Part shown: positions 10,229-18,977 of the stretch, piece after piece
How the letters are laid out: every line of letters begins with the position of its first letter
Numbering within the stretch: position 1 is the first letter of the stretch
Source: a virus
Taxonomy: Duplodnaviria > Caudoviricetes
DNA length: 64,000 nt
Strand: one strand, 5' to 3'
IMG/VR virus record: IMGVR_UViG_3300016471_001002
Coordinates: 64,001 to 128,000 of that record
Notes under the pieces: model-generated
The model's input: the letters and a program-made list of their open reading frames with translations, nothing else
What the model was told of the DNA's origin: nothing
Databases searched by the model: none
Position numbers and translations under genes: made by a program

Positions 10229-11308
10229 ATGCAACGAACGCTTTGTTTTGATGATGTTCTTTTAGTTCCCCAATACTCAGAGATTGAGTCTAGAAAAAAT
10301 GTTGACGTGTCTGTTTCGGGATTTGATGATCTTGATGCAGCGTTGACAAAATCGCATTCGACTCTAAAATGCCCTATCATCGGATCGCCGATGGATACGG
10401 TCATTAGTCCTGAAGTAGCTAGCGTTTTGGAAGATTTTGGTGGATTCGGGGTTTTGCATCGATATTGTACGATTCAAGATTCAGTAAAAATGTTCAAGGA
10501 AACACTTGAAAAGTGTCCAGGACATCCTTTACCAAATATCATGGTTGCAATTGGCGCAACAGGGGATTATCTTGAACGTGCAACTGCTCTATATGAAGCT
10601 GGATGTAGAGCATTTTGCATTGATGTTGCTCATGGCCATCATTCATCTGTTAAAAACGCATTAAAAGAACTACGTCTTAAACTTGGGGATGAAGTTCATT
10701 TAATGTCTGGCAATGTTGCAACGCTAGATGCGTTTAATGATCTTGCGGATTGGGGCTCTAACTCTATCAGGGTTGGTGTGGGTGGTGGAAGCATGTGTTC
10801 GACAAGAATTCGAACGGGTCATGGTATTCCAACTCTACAATCGGTGATGGATTGTGCAAAATCTGATCGTGATGTTTTTATCGTCGCAGATGGCGGAATT
10901 AGAAATTCAGGTGATGCTGTTAAAGCTTTGGCTGCAGGTGCTGATATGATTATGTTAGGATCTATTCTTGCAGGACATGATGAATGTCCCGGAGATCTTG
11001 TAGATTCTCATGGGTTGACATATAAGTCATCGCAACCTATTGGAGTTCCACTTTTTAAGAAATTTAGGGGAATGGCTTCACGAGAAGCTCAACTACAATG
11101 GAGAGGTAGAGTTTCTGTCGTTGAAGGAGAAAGTACGATGATCCCTTACAAGGGATCTGTAGCAAACACATTGACAGATTTGCTTGAAGGAATTAAATCA
11201 GGAATATCTTATTCAGGTGCCAGGACGATTAGAGAACTTAGATCAAAGGCTAAATTCATCACAGTGACATCACAAGGGGTCCGAGAAAATGGACCCCATG
11301 GTAAATGA
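10229..11308 (+). CDS. guaB: IMP dehydrogenase / GMP reductase family (no CBS domains)
   Basis: [32 protein letters not shown] (catalytic Cys), ADGGIR, FRGMAS, SYSGA. Confidence 0.85.
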   Translation: MQRTLCFDDVLLVPQYSEIESRKNVDVSVSGFDDLDAALTKSHSTLKCPIIGSPMDTVISPEVASVLEDFGGFGVLHRYCTIQDSVKMFKETLEKCPGHPLPNIMVAIGATGDYLERATALYEAGCRAFCIDVAHGHHSSVKNALKELRLKLGDEVHLMSGNVATLDAFNDLADWGSNSIRVGVGGGSMCSTRIRTGHGIPTLQSVMDCAKSDRDVFIVADGGIRNSGDAVKALAAGADMIMLGSILAGHDECPGDLVDSHGLTYKSSQPIGVPLFKKFRGMASREAQLQWRGRVSVVEGESTMIPYKGSVANTLTDLLEGIKSGISYSGARTIRELRSKAKFITVTSQGVRENGPHGK

Positions 11309-11334
11309 ACCTGATTTAAAAGTATTTTTCTAAA

Positions 11335-11880
11335 TCACTTTTCGCTCGGCCATTTGCCTGTAGCTTTATGTGCCATCCACGCTGCTGCAGCAGCTGGATC
11401 TTCTGCCCAGCTAGAAACTTTTTTCATTTTTTGAGCGAATGTTTTTGTTCCTTTGAGGATTTTTTTTGCAGTTTCTTTTGATGGGCCTTTCTTTTTGGCT
11501 TCACTCATACCGCATTTACATTCACTTTCATACATTCCACACTCACCACAAGCAGAACCTTCTTCAACTTCATTCAATCCGCAAGAGCAAGGTGCATCAA
11601 GTTGAACAGGCATCATGCCGCACATTGGGCAGACGCTCTTCATACCACACTGACATTGCGAAGCTGGAAGTCCACAACCTTCGCAAACTTTTTCTTGTTC
11701 AACTTCTGGACATCCACATTTTCCATCGATTGACATCATTCCGCAGGATGGACAAATATCTCCTAGATTATCTTCATGCATGTCTCTAACCCCGACAGCT
11801 CCTACTGTTGTAATTCCAGGAACTTTTCCGATTGGTTCACCAAACATTTCTAATATTGTTTTTTCTAGATTATTTTTCAT
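11335..11880 (-). CDS. Cys-rich protein with four CxxCG..CxC repeats
   Basis: ATG at 11880 (MKNNLEKTILEMFGE), in frame with the ORF track; ATACTTA upstream on the minus strand (11886-11892). Confidence 0.6.
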   Translation of the reverse strand: MKNNLEKTILEMFGEPIGKVPGITTVGAVGVRDMHEDNLGDICPSCGMMSIDGKCGCPEVEQEKVCEGCGLPASQCQCGMKSVCPMCGMMPVQLDAPCSCGLNEVEEGSACGECGMYESECKCGMSEAKKKGPSKETAKKILKGTKTFAQKMKKVSSWAEDPAAAAAWMAHKATGKWPSEK

Positions 11881-11915
11881 GGAATTAAGTATCATCAATA
11901 CATAGATTATATTCA

Positions 11916-12221
11916 ATGGAATCTATCATTGTTACCACAAACATATTGTTATATGGAACAGCTTTTGTTCTAGGTTTTATTGTAGGTAGAATAACTGGAA
12001 AGCCTGATTTAAGTGACCCAAGAATAGATCCGAAGGGTTCATTTTTTAAACCTGAAGTTCGACAAAGAAAAGTTGTAGAGATTGATGAGAAGAAATTTGT
12101 CACAACAATTTCAACTGATTCTTTGAAGAAAAAAGGAAAAGATTTGGGAACCCAAACTATCGTCGATGATGACGTAAGCGCTTCTGCTTCGAAATTGGCG
12201 ATGTTGAAGAAAAACAAATAG
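11916..12221 (+). CDS. Small protein with N-terminal transmembrane helix
   Basis: ILLYGTAFVLGFIVG hydrophobic segment then basic tail; directly upstream of the actin-like gene. Confidence 0.6.
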   Translation: MESIIVTTNILLYGTAFVLGFIVGRITGKPDLSDPRIDPKGSFFKPEVRQRKVVEIDEKKFVTTISTDSLKKKGKDLGTQTIVDDDVSASASKLAMLKKNK

Positions 12222-12247
12222 TATATAATTCAATTAGGAGATAAGAC

Positions 12248-13252
12248 ATGGCTAAAGGATTAGATGTAGGAACATCGTTCATCGTTCTTGCAGAAGAAGG
12301 AACGAAAGGAAAAGTTACATATAAAGATTTTCGAGATGCGTTTTATGTTATAAAACCAACGACCCCCATCGCTACAAAGATGATTGAAAAAGGATTAGCT
12401 GGAAAAGTTTTCGTTAAAGACGCCGATGGTTCATTCATCATACTTGGCAAAGACGCGATTGAAAAAGCAGTGGAAAGAAACGATTCAGCGAAGCGTCCCA
12501 TGTATAAAGGTGTAGTTTCTTCTAAAGAAAAAGACGCCCGCAGAATTTTAACATATATTCTCAAAGAAGTTGCTGGCTCACCACCTGAACCCGGAGAGAA
12601 GCTTGTTTTCTGCGTCCCGGCGCAACCTGTTGATCAAGAAGATGAAGACTTCGATGTAGGATATCATGAGGATGTCATTGTGAAACTCCTTTCAGAAGTA
12701 GGGTATTCAGCTAGAGCAATTAACGAAGCCGAAGCACTTTGTTACTCAGAACTAGAAAAGGATGATTATACCGGAGTCACACTATCATGGGGAGCTGGCA
12801 TGGTCAACGTTTGCGTTATGCTAAATGGCGAACCTATCGTCACATTCTCAACCACGAAGTCTGGTGATTGGGTTGATCGTATGGCAGCCGTTGCTACAGG
12901 CGAGACAGATTCAGTCGTTCAAGCAGAGAAGGAACAAGGCGATTTCACTGTCGGTCAACCAAACGATAATCAAGTTCTTGCTGCTGTTTCAACCTACTAT
13001 GATCGTCTCATCGATTATACGACTAAACAACTTGCTTCAGCCATGGACGGACACAAATCTCTTCCAAAGTTCAAGGATGCATTACCTGTAGTTGTTGCCG
13101 GTGGAACATCAAAGGCCAAGGGATTTGTCGATCTATTTGCAAAGAAGCTCGAAGAGAACGGTTTCCCTCTTCCAGTCAAGGAAGTTCGTCACGCAGCAGA
13201 TCCTCTTCATGCAGTTGCCCGTGGGTGTTTAATCGCAGCACAAATTATGTGA
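12248..13252 (+). CDS. Actin-like ATPase (MreB/MamK/ParM-type fold)
   Basis: GLDVGTS (phosphate 1), INEAEA (connect 1), SWGAGMVNV (phosphate 2), VVAGGTS (adenosine), DPLHAVARG (connect 2). Confidence 0.85.
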   Translation: MAKGLDVGTSFIVLAEEGTKGKVTYKDFRDAFYVIKPTTPIATKMIEKGLAGKVFVKDADGSFIILGKDAIEKAVERNDSAKRPMYKGVVSSKEKDARRILTYILKEVAGSPPEPGEKLVFCVPAQPVDQEDEDFDVGYHEDVIVKLLSEVGYSARAINEAEALCYSELEKDDYTGVTLSWGAGMVNVCVMLNGEPIVTFSTTKSGDWVDRMAAVATGETDSVVQAEKEQGDFTVGQPNDNQVLAAVSTYYDRLIDYTTKQLASAMDGHKSLPKFKDALPVVVAGGTSKAKGFVDLFAKKLEENGFPLPVKEVRHAADPLHAVARGCLIAAQIM

Positions 13253-13273
13253 CTTTCGAAGTTGATTAATCCT

Positions 13274-13300
13274 AAAAGCTCTCGGAAACGGGAGCTTTTT
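13274..13300 (+). terminator. Intrinsic terminator
   Basis: AAAAGCTCTCG-GAAA-CGGGAGCTTTTT. Confidence 0.88.
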
Positions 13301-13318
13301 CATTTTAGAATCTTTGCT

Positions 13319-13349
13319 GTGCAAAACTTACAACCTCGCATGGTATAAT
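13319..13349 (+). promoter_or_regulatory. Putative early/middle promoter of dnaE
   Basis: GTGCAA-N19-TATAAT with extended -10 TGG; same motif recurs at 43856, 58700, 61438. Confidence 0.65.
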
Positions 13350-13355
13350 CATGGT

Positions 13356-14327
13356 ATGTCAAACAGCAAGAAGGAAATGCGCGATCGGAGGCCAAATCGT
13401 TTTGTCGGCCTCCACGCGCATTCGTAATTTCCGCCCGGAATTTATTTTCCGGGCGGAATAATATCAGGATTCTCAACATTTGATGGGCTTGATTATCCAC
13501 AAGAGCACATCGATTACGTCTTAGAAAATGGCATGGATGCGTGGGCATTAACCGACCATGGCCACATGAACGGATTCTGCCATGCATATCTTCACGCTGA
13601 AAAAATGAGGAAATCAGGCAAGAACTTCAAGTTCATTCCTGGATGCGAGATGTATGTCCATCCCGATCTGAAACAGTGGCAGATCGATATCGAAAAATCG
13701 AAAGAGAAACCGGTCAAGGATGAATCTATCATCACGCCTATCACGGCTGTTGTTGATGGAAACGATGAGACGACGGATCTTGGAACTGATGAAGCTTCTC
13801 TGACGATCGAAAATGAAGATGAGACGAAGTCAGGTAAGTATAACGACCCAGTTAAACGTCGGCATCATCTGGTTGTCCTACCAAAAACTTCAGTTGGTCT
13901 GCAGAGGTTATTCCATCTGGTTTCTCGGGGTTATTTGGAGGGCTTCTACAGGTTCCCCCGAATTGATTACAGGATGCTGAAGGAGGCTGCGCAAGGTGGT
14001 CACTTGATGGTGTCAACCGCATGTTTAACTGGAGATGTAGAACTCATAACGAATAGAGGCCTAGAAAACCTGTTGTCTGTCGTTGAAAGATTCAATATGG
14101 GTGATGATGTCTTGGTTCTTTCATATGACGAAAAAACAGGGTCTAAGGAATTCAAGAAAGTTTCTTGGGCAGCAATGACTAGAAAAAACGCGAAATTATT
14201 GAGAATTAAACTGAAGGATGGAAAGAGTGTTACGCTGACACCAGACCACAAAGTCTTTACTAATCTGGGATGGATGGAAGCTCAAGATTTAAAAAAGCAT
14301 GAAGGAATTCAAATTCTTACTTTGTAA
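13356..14327 (+). CDS. dnaE: DNA polymerase III alpha, N-terminal fragment (PHP domain) fused to split intein N-half; interrupted by an in-frame TAA at 13425
   Basis: MSNSKKEMRDRRPNRFVGLHAHS*(13 further codons)GFSTFDG...ALTDHG..GCE..RHHL..STA-CLTGD; same frame as ORF-track 13533. Confidence 0.85.
13425..13466 (+). other. 42-nt stop-plus-hairpin insert in dnaE (candidate ribosomal bypass element)
   Basis: TCG|TAA T TTCCGCCCGGAA TTTATT TTCCGGGCGGAA TAATA TCA|GGA; perfect 12-bp stem; removal restores H-A-H-S-G-F-S-T-F-D-G. Confidence 0.7.
14022..14324 (+). mobile_element. Split intein, N-fragment (101 aa)
   Basis: Block A CLTGDVELITNRG, block B VTLTPDHKVFT, then stop; no endonuclease domain inside. 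Confidence 0.9.
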
Positions 14328-14336
14328 GCTTTAGGT

Positions 14337-14368
14337 CCTCCAAGACAAACATAATTATGTCTTGGAGG
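14337..14368 (+). promoter_or_regulatory. RBS-sequestering hairpin with late-promoter-like motif in its loop
   Basis: CCTCCAAGACA-AACATAATTA-TGTCTTGGAGG; the 3' arm holds SD GGAGG of ATG 14379. Confidence 0.8.
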
Positions 14369-14378
14369 TTCACAAACA

Positions 14379-15359
14379 ATGGGAGCAGAAAAGTATAATA
14401 AATTTTTAGGAGAGGAAAAAAGCAGAATATTTGAAAGTTTTCTAGTTACGTGGAAAACAAAAGATCAAATACTCGAGATGTATAGAGAAGGTTATTCTCC
14501 TTCTCAACTTGCCAAGTTGTTTGAATATGAAGTTGGATTTGACGAGCTCCGTGAGCAACAATCTACTTTTCACGGTAAAAAACCAAGAAGCTTTTTAGTT
14601 TTTCCGACTATTACAACAAACATCTTTGCAAAAAGACTAACATCTATAATACCCTACTCAAAAGAGTTTCATGATATTCATCTTTCAAAACCGCAATGGT
14701 GGAAAATAAAATTTTCACACCTTGATAAAAGTGAAGATGAAGTTAAAGAACTTGCAAAAGTTCAGCTTCTAGATTGGCAAAAAAGTACATGCGAAAAAAG
14801 AAAAAAGTCAGGTGCTTATAATCCAATTTACACAATTGATTATTGGAAAGAGAAATCCGATGATCCTGAAAAATCAATTGAAAAATATAAACGAGAAATT
14901 AGTCCAAGGTGCATTGAGTTTTGGATAAAAAAAGGATATGACATAAATGAGGCAAAAAAAAGAATAGGCGATACATGTCGACCTGGTGCCATTAAGGTTT
15001 TGAAAAATCTCAATGGAAAAAATGCTTCGAAATTAGAAAAAAGAATTTATGAGCTCATAAATGATGATTCTGTTTGTCAACAGCTTTTTTTGGGCAAATA
15101 TGCATATGACATTTACAAAAAAGAAACAAAGAAGATCGTAGAAATCAATGGAACGTATTGGCACGCAGACCAAAGGGTTTATCAAGATTTGCAGCAAAAT
15201 CTCATTCATGGAACAGTTCAGCAGATTAGAGAAAAAGATGAACAAAAAATATCTTATGCAAAATCTAAGGGATGGGATGTTCTGGTCATTTGGGAACTTG
15301 ACTATTGCAAATCTCCAAATGAAGTGATAGAATCTATTAGAAGGTTTTTCAAAACATGA
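14379..15359 (+). mobile_element. Free-standing homing endonuclease, Vsr/DUF559-like C-terminal domain
   Basis: KLEKRIYE..YAYDIY..IVEINGTYWHAD..KDEQKISYAKSKGWDVLVIWE; (E/D)(F/Y)W.(K/E)K repeats; lies between the two intein halves. Confidence 0.8.
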
Positions 15360-18300
15360 GTAATTTTGTAGAAGTTGTTGAGGTCGAAGAACTTGATTAC
15401 GTCGAAGACGTCTATGATATTACCGTAGAAGATAATCATAACTTCTTTGCAAATGGGATGTTGGTTCACAATTGTCTCGGTGGCACGTTGAGTTATGACG
15501 TCTTTTCCAAATTGCAAAAGATCAAGTTTGATGATCTGAAGCATCAGTTGCTCGATGATGCTGCGCTATTTGAATCTGTCTTGCTCGAGATGGGCAACAC
15601 TTATGATAAGCTTGCAGATGCGGTAGGTCGCGAAAACGTTGCTTTGGAGTTGCAGTTCAATAAACTTCCAGCGCAACATCTTGTCAACCGCGCGCTGATC
15701 GAATTTGCGAAACGAAACTCTTTGTCGAATCGGCTAGTCGTCACCTGCGATTCGCATTATTCTCGTCCTGATAACTGGAAAGAACGTGAGATCTACAAGA
15801 AGCTCGGATGGCTCAACTATCAGAACTTCGATCCTAATATGCTTCCAAAGTCTAAGGATGATCTCAAATGTGAACTGTACCCGAAGAACGCAACCCAGGT
15901 CTGGGATTCATATCTGTCCACAACCGAAGGCATGGATTTCTATGATGATGACCTAATCCGCGAGGCCATCGAACGTACTCATGACATCGTTCATAATGAG
16001 TTAGGTGACATTCATCCCAATAAGGAGATGAAGCTTCCTTCATATGTGATTCCTGAAGGGTCGACGGAAGACAAGGCCCTCGTCGAAGCTTGTAAGAAAG
16101 GATTAATCTGGCGAGGTCTGGATGACAAGCCTGGGTATATCGAGCGAATCAAGTATGAGCTGAAGATTATTCGAGACAAGAAGTTTTCTCGATACTTCCT
16201 CACGATGAAGGCAATCATGGACCTTGCACGTGAACACATGCTGATTGGTCCGGGGCGCGGTTCGGCCGCAGGTTCTCTAGTTGCTTATGTCCTCGGCGTC
16301 ACGAACCTTGACCCAATTGAGTATGACCTTTCATTTGAACGGTTCCTTAATCCCTCTCGCCAGGGCGCTCCTGATATCGATTCTGATATTGGAGACCGCG
16401 ATAAGCTGATCGAACTTCTCCGTGATAATTTTGGTAATAACAATGTTATTCCAATCTCTAACTACAATACCTTTAAGCTTAAGAGCCTTGTCAAAGACAT
16501 TTCAAGATTTTATAACATTCCATTCGAAGAAGTCAATGCTGCTCTTGCTCCGGTAGAAGACGATGTCAAGAAAGAAGTCTTCAAACCTGGTGTCGACAAG
16601 AACCTTTTTGTGTTGACTTATGAAGACGCGATGAAGTATTCTAAGTCGATGCAAGACTTCGTTGCATCGCATCCTGAAGTCGCCGAACCGATTGAGATTC
16701 TTTTCAAGCAGAATCGTTCTCTTGGCCGCCATGCCGGCGGTGTTATCGTGTCTGAAGACATTGCTGAACGTATGCCTCTTATTCTCGCAAAGGGTGAACC
16801 TCAGACTCCATGGGTTGAAGGCATGCATTATAAGCATCTCGAAGAGTTCGGATGGATTAAGTTCGATCTACTCGGCCTCGAAACTTTGCGCATCATCGAA
16901 CGATGCATCTATCTAATTTTGCAAAGGCGTGAAGGAATTGCAAATCCAACGTTCCAAGACATTAAGGCTTGGTTTGATAAACACATGGATCCGAAGAATA
17001 TTGATCTAAATGATCAAAAAGTCTATGAATATGTTTATCACGAAGGAAGGTTTGCCGGCGTGTTCCAATGTACGCAACCTGGCGCACAGCGTCTATTTAC
17101 GAAAGCAAAGCCTCGTAGTATCATTGACATTGCTACTCTAACTTCAATCTATCGTCCAGGTCCTCTTGCGGCAAACGTCGACAAGATCTACATTGGCGCT
17201 AAGAACGAACCTGAAAAGATCGATTACCAACATCCTCTTATCAAGAAGGTGCTAGAACCGACTTACGGATGCATCATTTTTCAGGAGCAAACCATGAAAC
17301 TTTGCTCTGTCGTCGCAGGATTCCCTGAGGCAGAGACGGATACAATTCGCAGAAACATTATGAAACGTTCTGCTTCAAAGAAAGACGCCGCGGCAGCAGA
17401 CGCCAAGAAGGCCAAGGAAGACTTCGTTTCTGGTGCGATGAAGAATGGTGTTCCTGAAAGAGTGGCAGATGAACTCTATGAAAAGATTCTCTTCTTCTCC
17501 GGATACGGTTTTAACGCATCTCACGCAGTGTCTTATGCAATTGATTCTTACTACTGTGCATGGCTCCTCACTTACTTTGAGGAGGAATGGCTTTGTGCTT
17601 ATCTTGAATCGATGTCAGGAAATGATGAGAAGCGTGCTAAGGCTTTCTCAGAGGTCAAAGCGCTTGGATACAAGATCGTAAACATCGACGTCAACTATGC
17701 AACGAAGAGCTGGACTATCCTCGAAGGAAAAAGATTCATGCCAAGCTTCCTTTCATGTAAGGGCGTGGGGGAAGCTGCAGTTGATGAGATCATGGAAAAT
17801 CGTCCATACAAATCAATAGAGGACATGTTATGGAATGAGGACGGTACGTGGAAACATTCTAAATTCAACAAACGAGCTCTTGAAGCCCTGATCGGAATCA
17901 AGGCATTTGACTCATTGGATTGTGTTGGCGTAGATAGAACGTTTAGCAGCTATAGACAAATGTATCAAATCCTGATTGATCATAATAATGAAATCAAGAA
18001 GCATACCAAAAAGAACCCTCTCGTTGGAATGGAAGCATTTCGTAATCTCCTGATCGAATCTAAGGATGAACCTGAGTGGACTCGCGGTGAGATTGTCGAT
18101 AATAGCATTAAATACCTTGGTTCATTTAATGCAGCCATGTTAATGCCTGATGATATCCTAAAGAAGTTGGAATCCAGAGGTGTCAAATCAGTTGATGATC
18201 TTTCAGGTAGTGACATTTACTGGTTTATTGTTTCTGACGCAAAACCCAAAAAGACAAAAACAGGGAAAAACTATTTGCTTTTAACGATTACGGGTATTGG

Positions 18301-18442
18301 AGGTCAAAATCATAGATTGTTCTGTTGGGGGTGGGATGGTATTAGAGAAATTCCCAAGTACAGCGTTTGTCTTTCTGAAATCACAGTCGATGGATACGGT
18401 AATAAAACTTTTATGAGTAAGGTTAAAGTATTGGATTCATGA
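15356..18442 (+). CDS. dnaE: Split intein C-fragment (39 aa, 15356-15472) fused to DNA polymerase III alpha C-terminal fragment
   Basis: VYDITVEDNHNFFANGMLVHN-C (blocks F/G); DSHY, GPGRGSAAGSLVAY, PDIDSD, HAGG, KFDLLGL, RPGP, YGFNASHAVSY, C-terminal OB fold. Confidence 0.95.
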   Translation: MSNFVEVVEVEELDYVEDVYDITVEDNHNFFANGMLVHNCLGGTLSYDVFSKLQKIKFDDLKHQLLDDAALFESVLLEMGNTYDKLADAVGRENVALELQFNKLPAQHLVNRALIEFAKRNSLSNRLVVTCDSHYSRPDNWKEREIYKKLGWLNYQNFDPNMLPKSKDDLKCELYPKNATQVWDSYLSTTEGMDFYDDDLIREAIERTHDIVHNELGDIHPNKEMKLPSYVIPEGSTEDKALVEACKKGLIWRGLDDKPGYIERIKYELKIIRDKKFSRYFLTMKAIMDLAREHMLIGPGRGSAAGSLVAYVLGVTNLDPIEYDLSFERFLNPSRQGAPDIDSDIGDRDKLIELLRDNFGNNNVIPISNYNTFKLKSLVKDISRFYNIPFEEVNAALAPVEDDVKKEVFKPGVDKNLFVLTYEDAMKYSKSMQDFVASHPEVAEPIEILFKQNRSLGRHAGGVIVSEDIAERMPLILAKGEPQTPWVEGMHYKHLEEFGWIKFDLLGLETLRIIERCIYLILQRREGIANPTFQDIKAWFDKHMDPKNIDLNDQKVYEYVYHEGRFAGVFQCTQPGAQRLFTKAKPRSIIDIATLTSIYRPGPLAANVDKIYIGAKNEPEKIDYQHPLIKKVLEPTYGCIIFQEQTMKLCSVVAGFPEAETDTIRRNIMKRSASKKDAAAADAKKAKEDFVSGAMKNGVPERVADELYEKILFFSGYGFNASHAVSYAIDSYYCAWLLTYFEEEWLCAYLESMSGNDEKRAKAFSEVKALGYKIVNIDVNYATKSWTILEGKRFMPSFLSCKGVGEAAVDEIMENRPYKSIEDMLWNEDGTWKHSKFNKRALEALIGIKAFDSLDCVGVDRTFSSYRQMYQILIDHNNEIKKHTKKNPLVGMEAFRNLLIESKDEPEWTRGEIVDNSIKYLGSFNAAMLMPDDILKKLESRGVKSVDDLSGSDIYWFIVSDAKPKKTKTGKNYLLLTITGIGGQNHRLFCWGWDGIREIPKYSVCLSEITVDGYGNKTFMSKVKVLDS

Positions 18443-18451
18443 GGTACCATT

Positions 18452-18976
18452 ATGAGCATGGTCATTTTATTTGATGGGTCAGATAAGGTCGGCAAGACCG
18501 AAATGGCCAAAGAGTTATCACGAAGATTAAACATTCCTTACTTTAAGAACGAATCTGAATGGAATGCTTTTTCAAATGATCCTTCATATTTTAAAAATGC
18601 TTTACGATATGGAGATCCGTATTTTTATAATTTTCTAAAAAAGACTGGGACTTCAACGATTTTAGATAGATCTTATCCATCTGAATGGGTTTATTCTGAA
18701 GTGTATGGTCGTCAAACTGATATTGAAGCTTTAAATTACATTGATTCTTTGGCTGCATCAATTGGAGTAAAAATCATTGTTCCTTATAGAACTTCATATG
18801 AGGGTTTTCATGACGACATGCATGACATTGATTCTCGTCAAATGCAAATAATCTCTGACAAATATGCAGATTTTATAAAATGGACTAGATGCAAAACTTT
18901 GCATCTATGTGTTGATTCTGAAGACCTTGATTGGGAAATGAAAACCATTCTAGAATTTATTAACAAAAAAGGATAG
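18452..18976 (+). CDS. Second dNMP kinase-like protein
   Basis: ILFDGSDKVGKTEMAKEL P-loop; ILDRSYPSEWVY. Confidence 0.75.
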   Translation: MSMVILFDGSDKVGKTEMAKELSRRLNIPYFKNESEWNAFSNDPSYFKNALRYGDPYFYNFLKKTGTSTILDRSYPSEWVYSEVYGRQTDIEALNYIDSLAASIGVKIIVPYRTSYEGFHDDMHDIDSRQMQIISDKYADFIKWTRCKTLHLCVDSEDLDWEMKTILEFINKKG

Positions 18977-18977
18977 T

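Noticed and set aside
13425-13427. Genome-wide stop-codon reassignment explaining the TAA in dnaE
   Set aside because: TAA, TGA and TAG all terminate conserved full-length genes here (e.g. nrdJ TAA, thyX TGA, dNMP kinase TAG), and no other gene shows internal stops.
13429-13458. dnaE hairpin as an intrinsic terminator
   Set aside because: No U-tract follows the stem on either strand, and it sits inside a conserved motif of an essential gene.
13533-14327. ORF-track start (MDAWALTDHG) as the true dnaE start
   Set aside because: It omits the HxH and DG metal-ligand motifs, which are encoded in frame upstream, and I see no SD before 13533.
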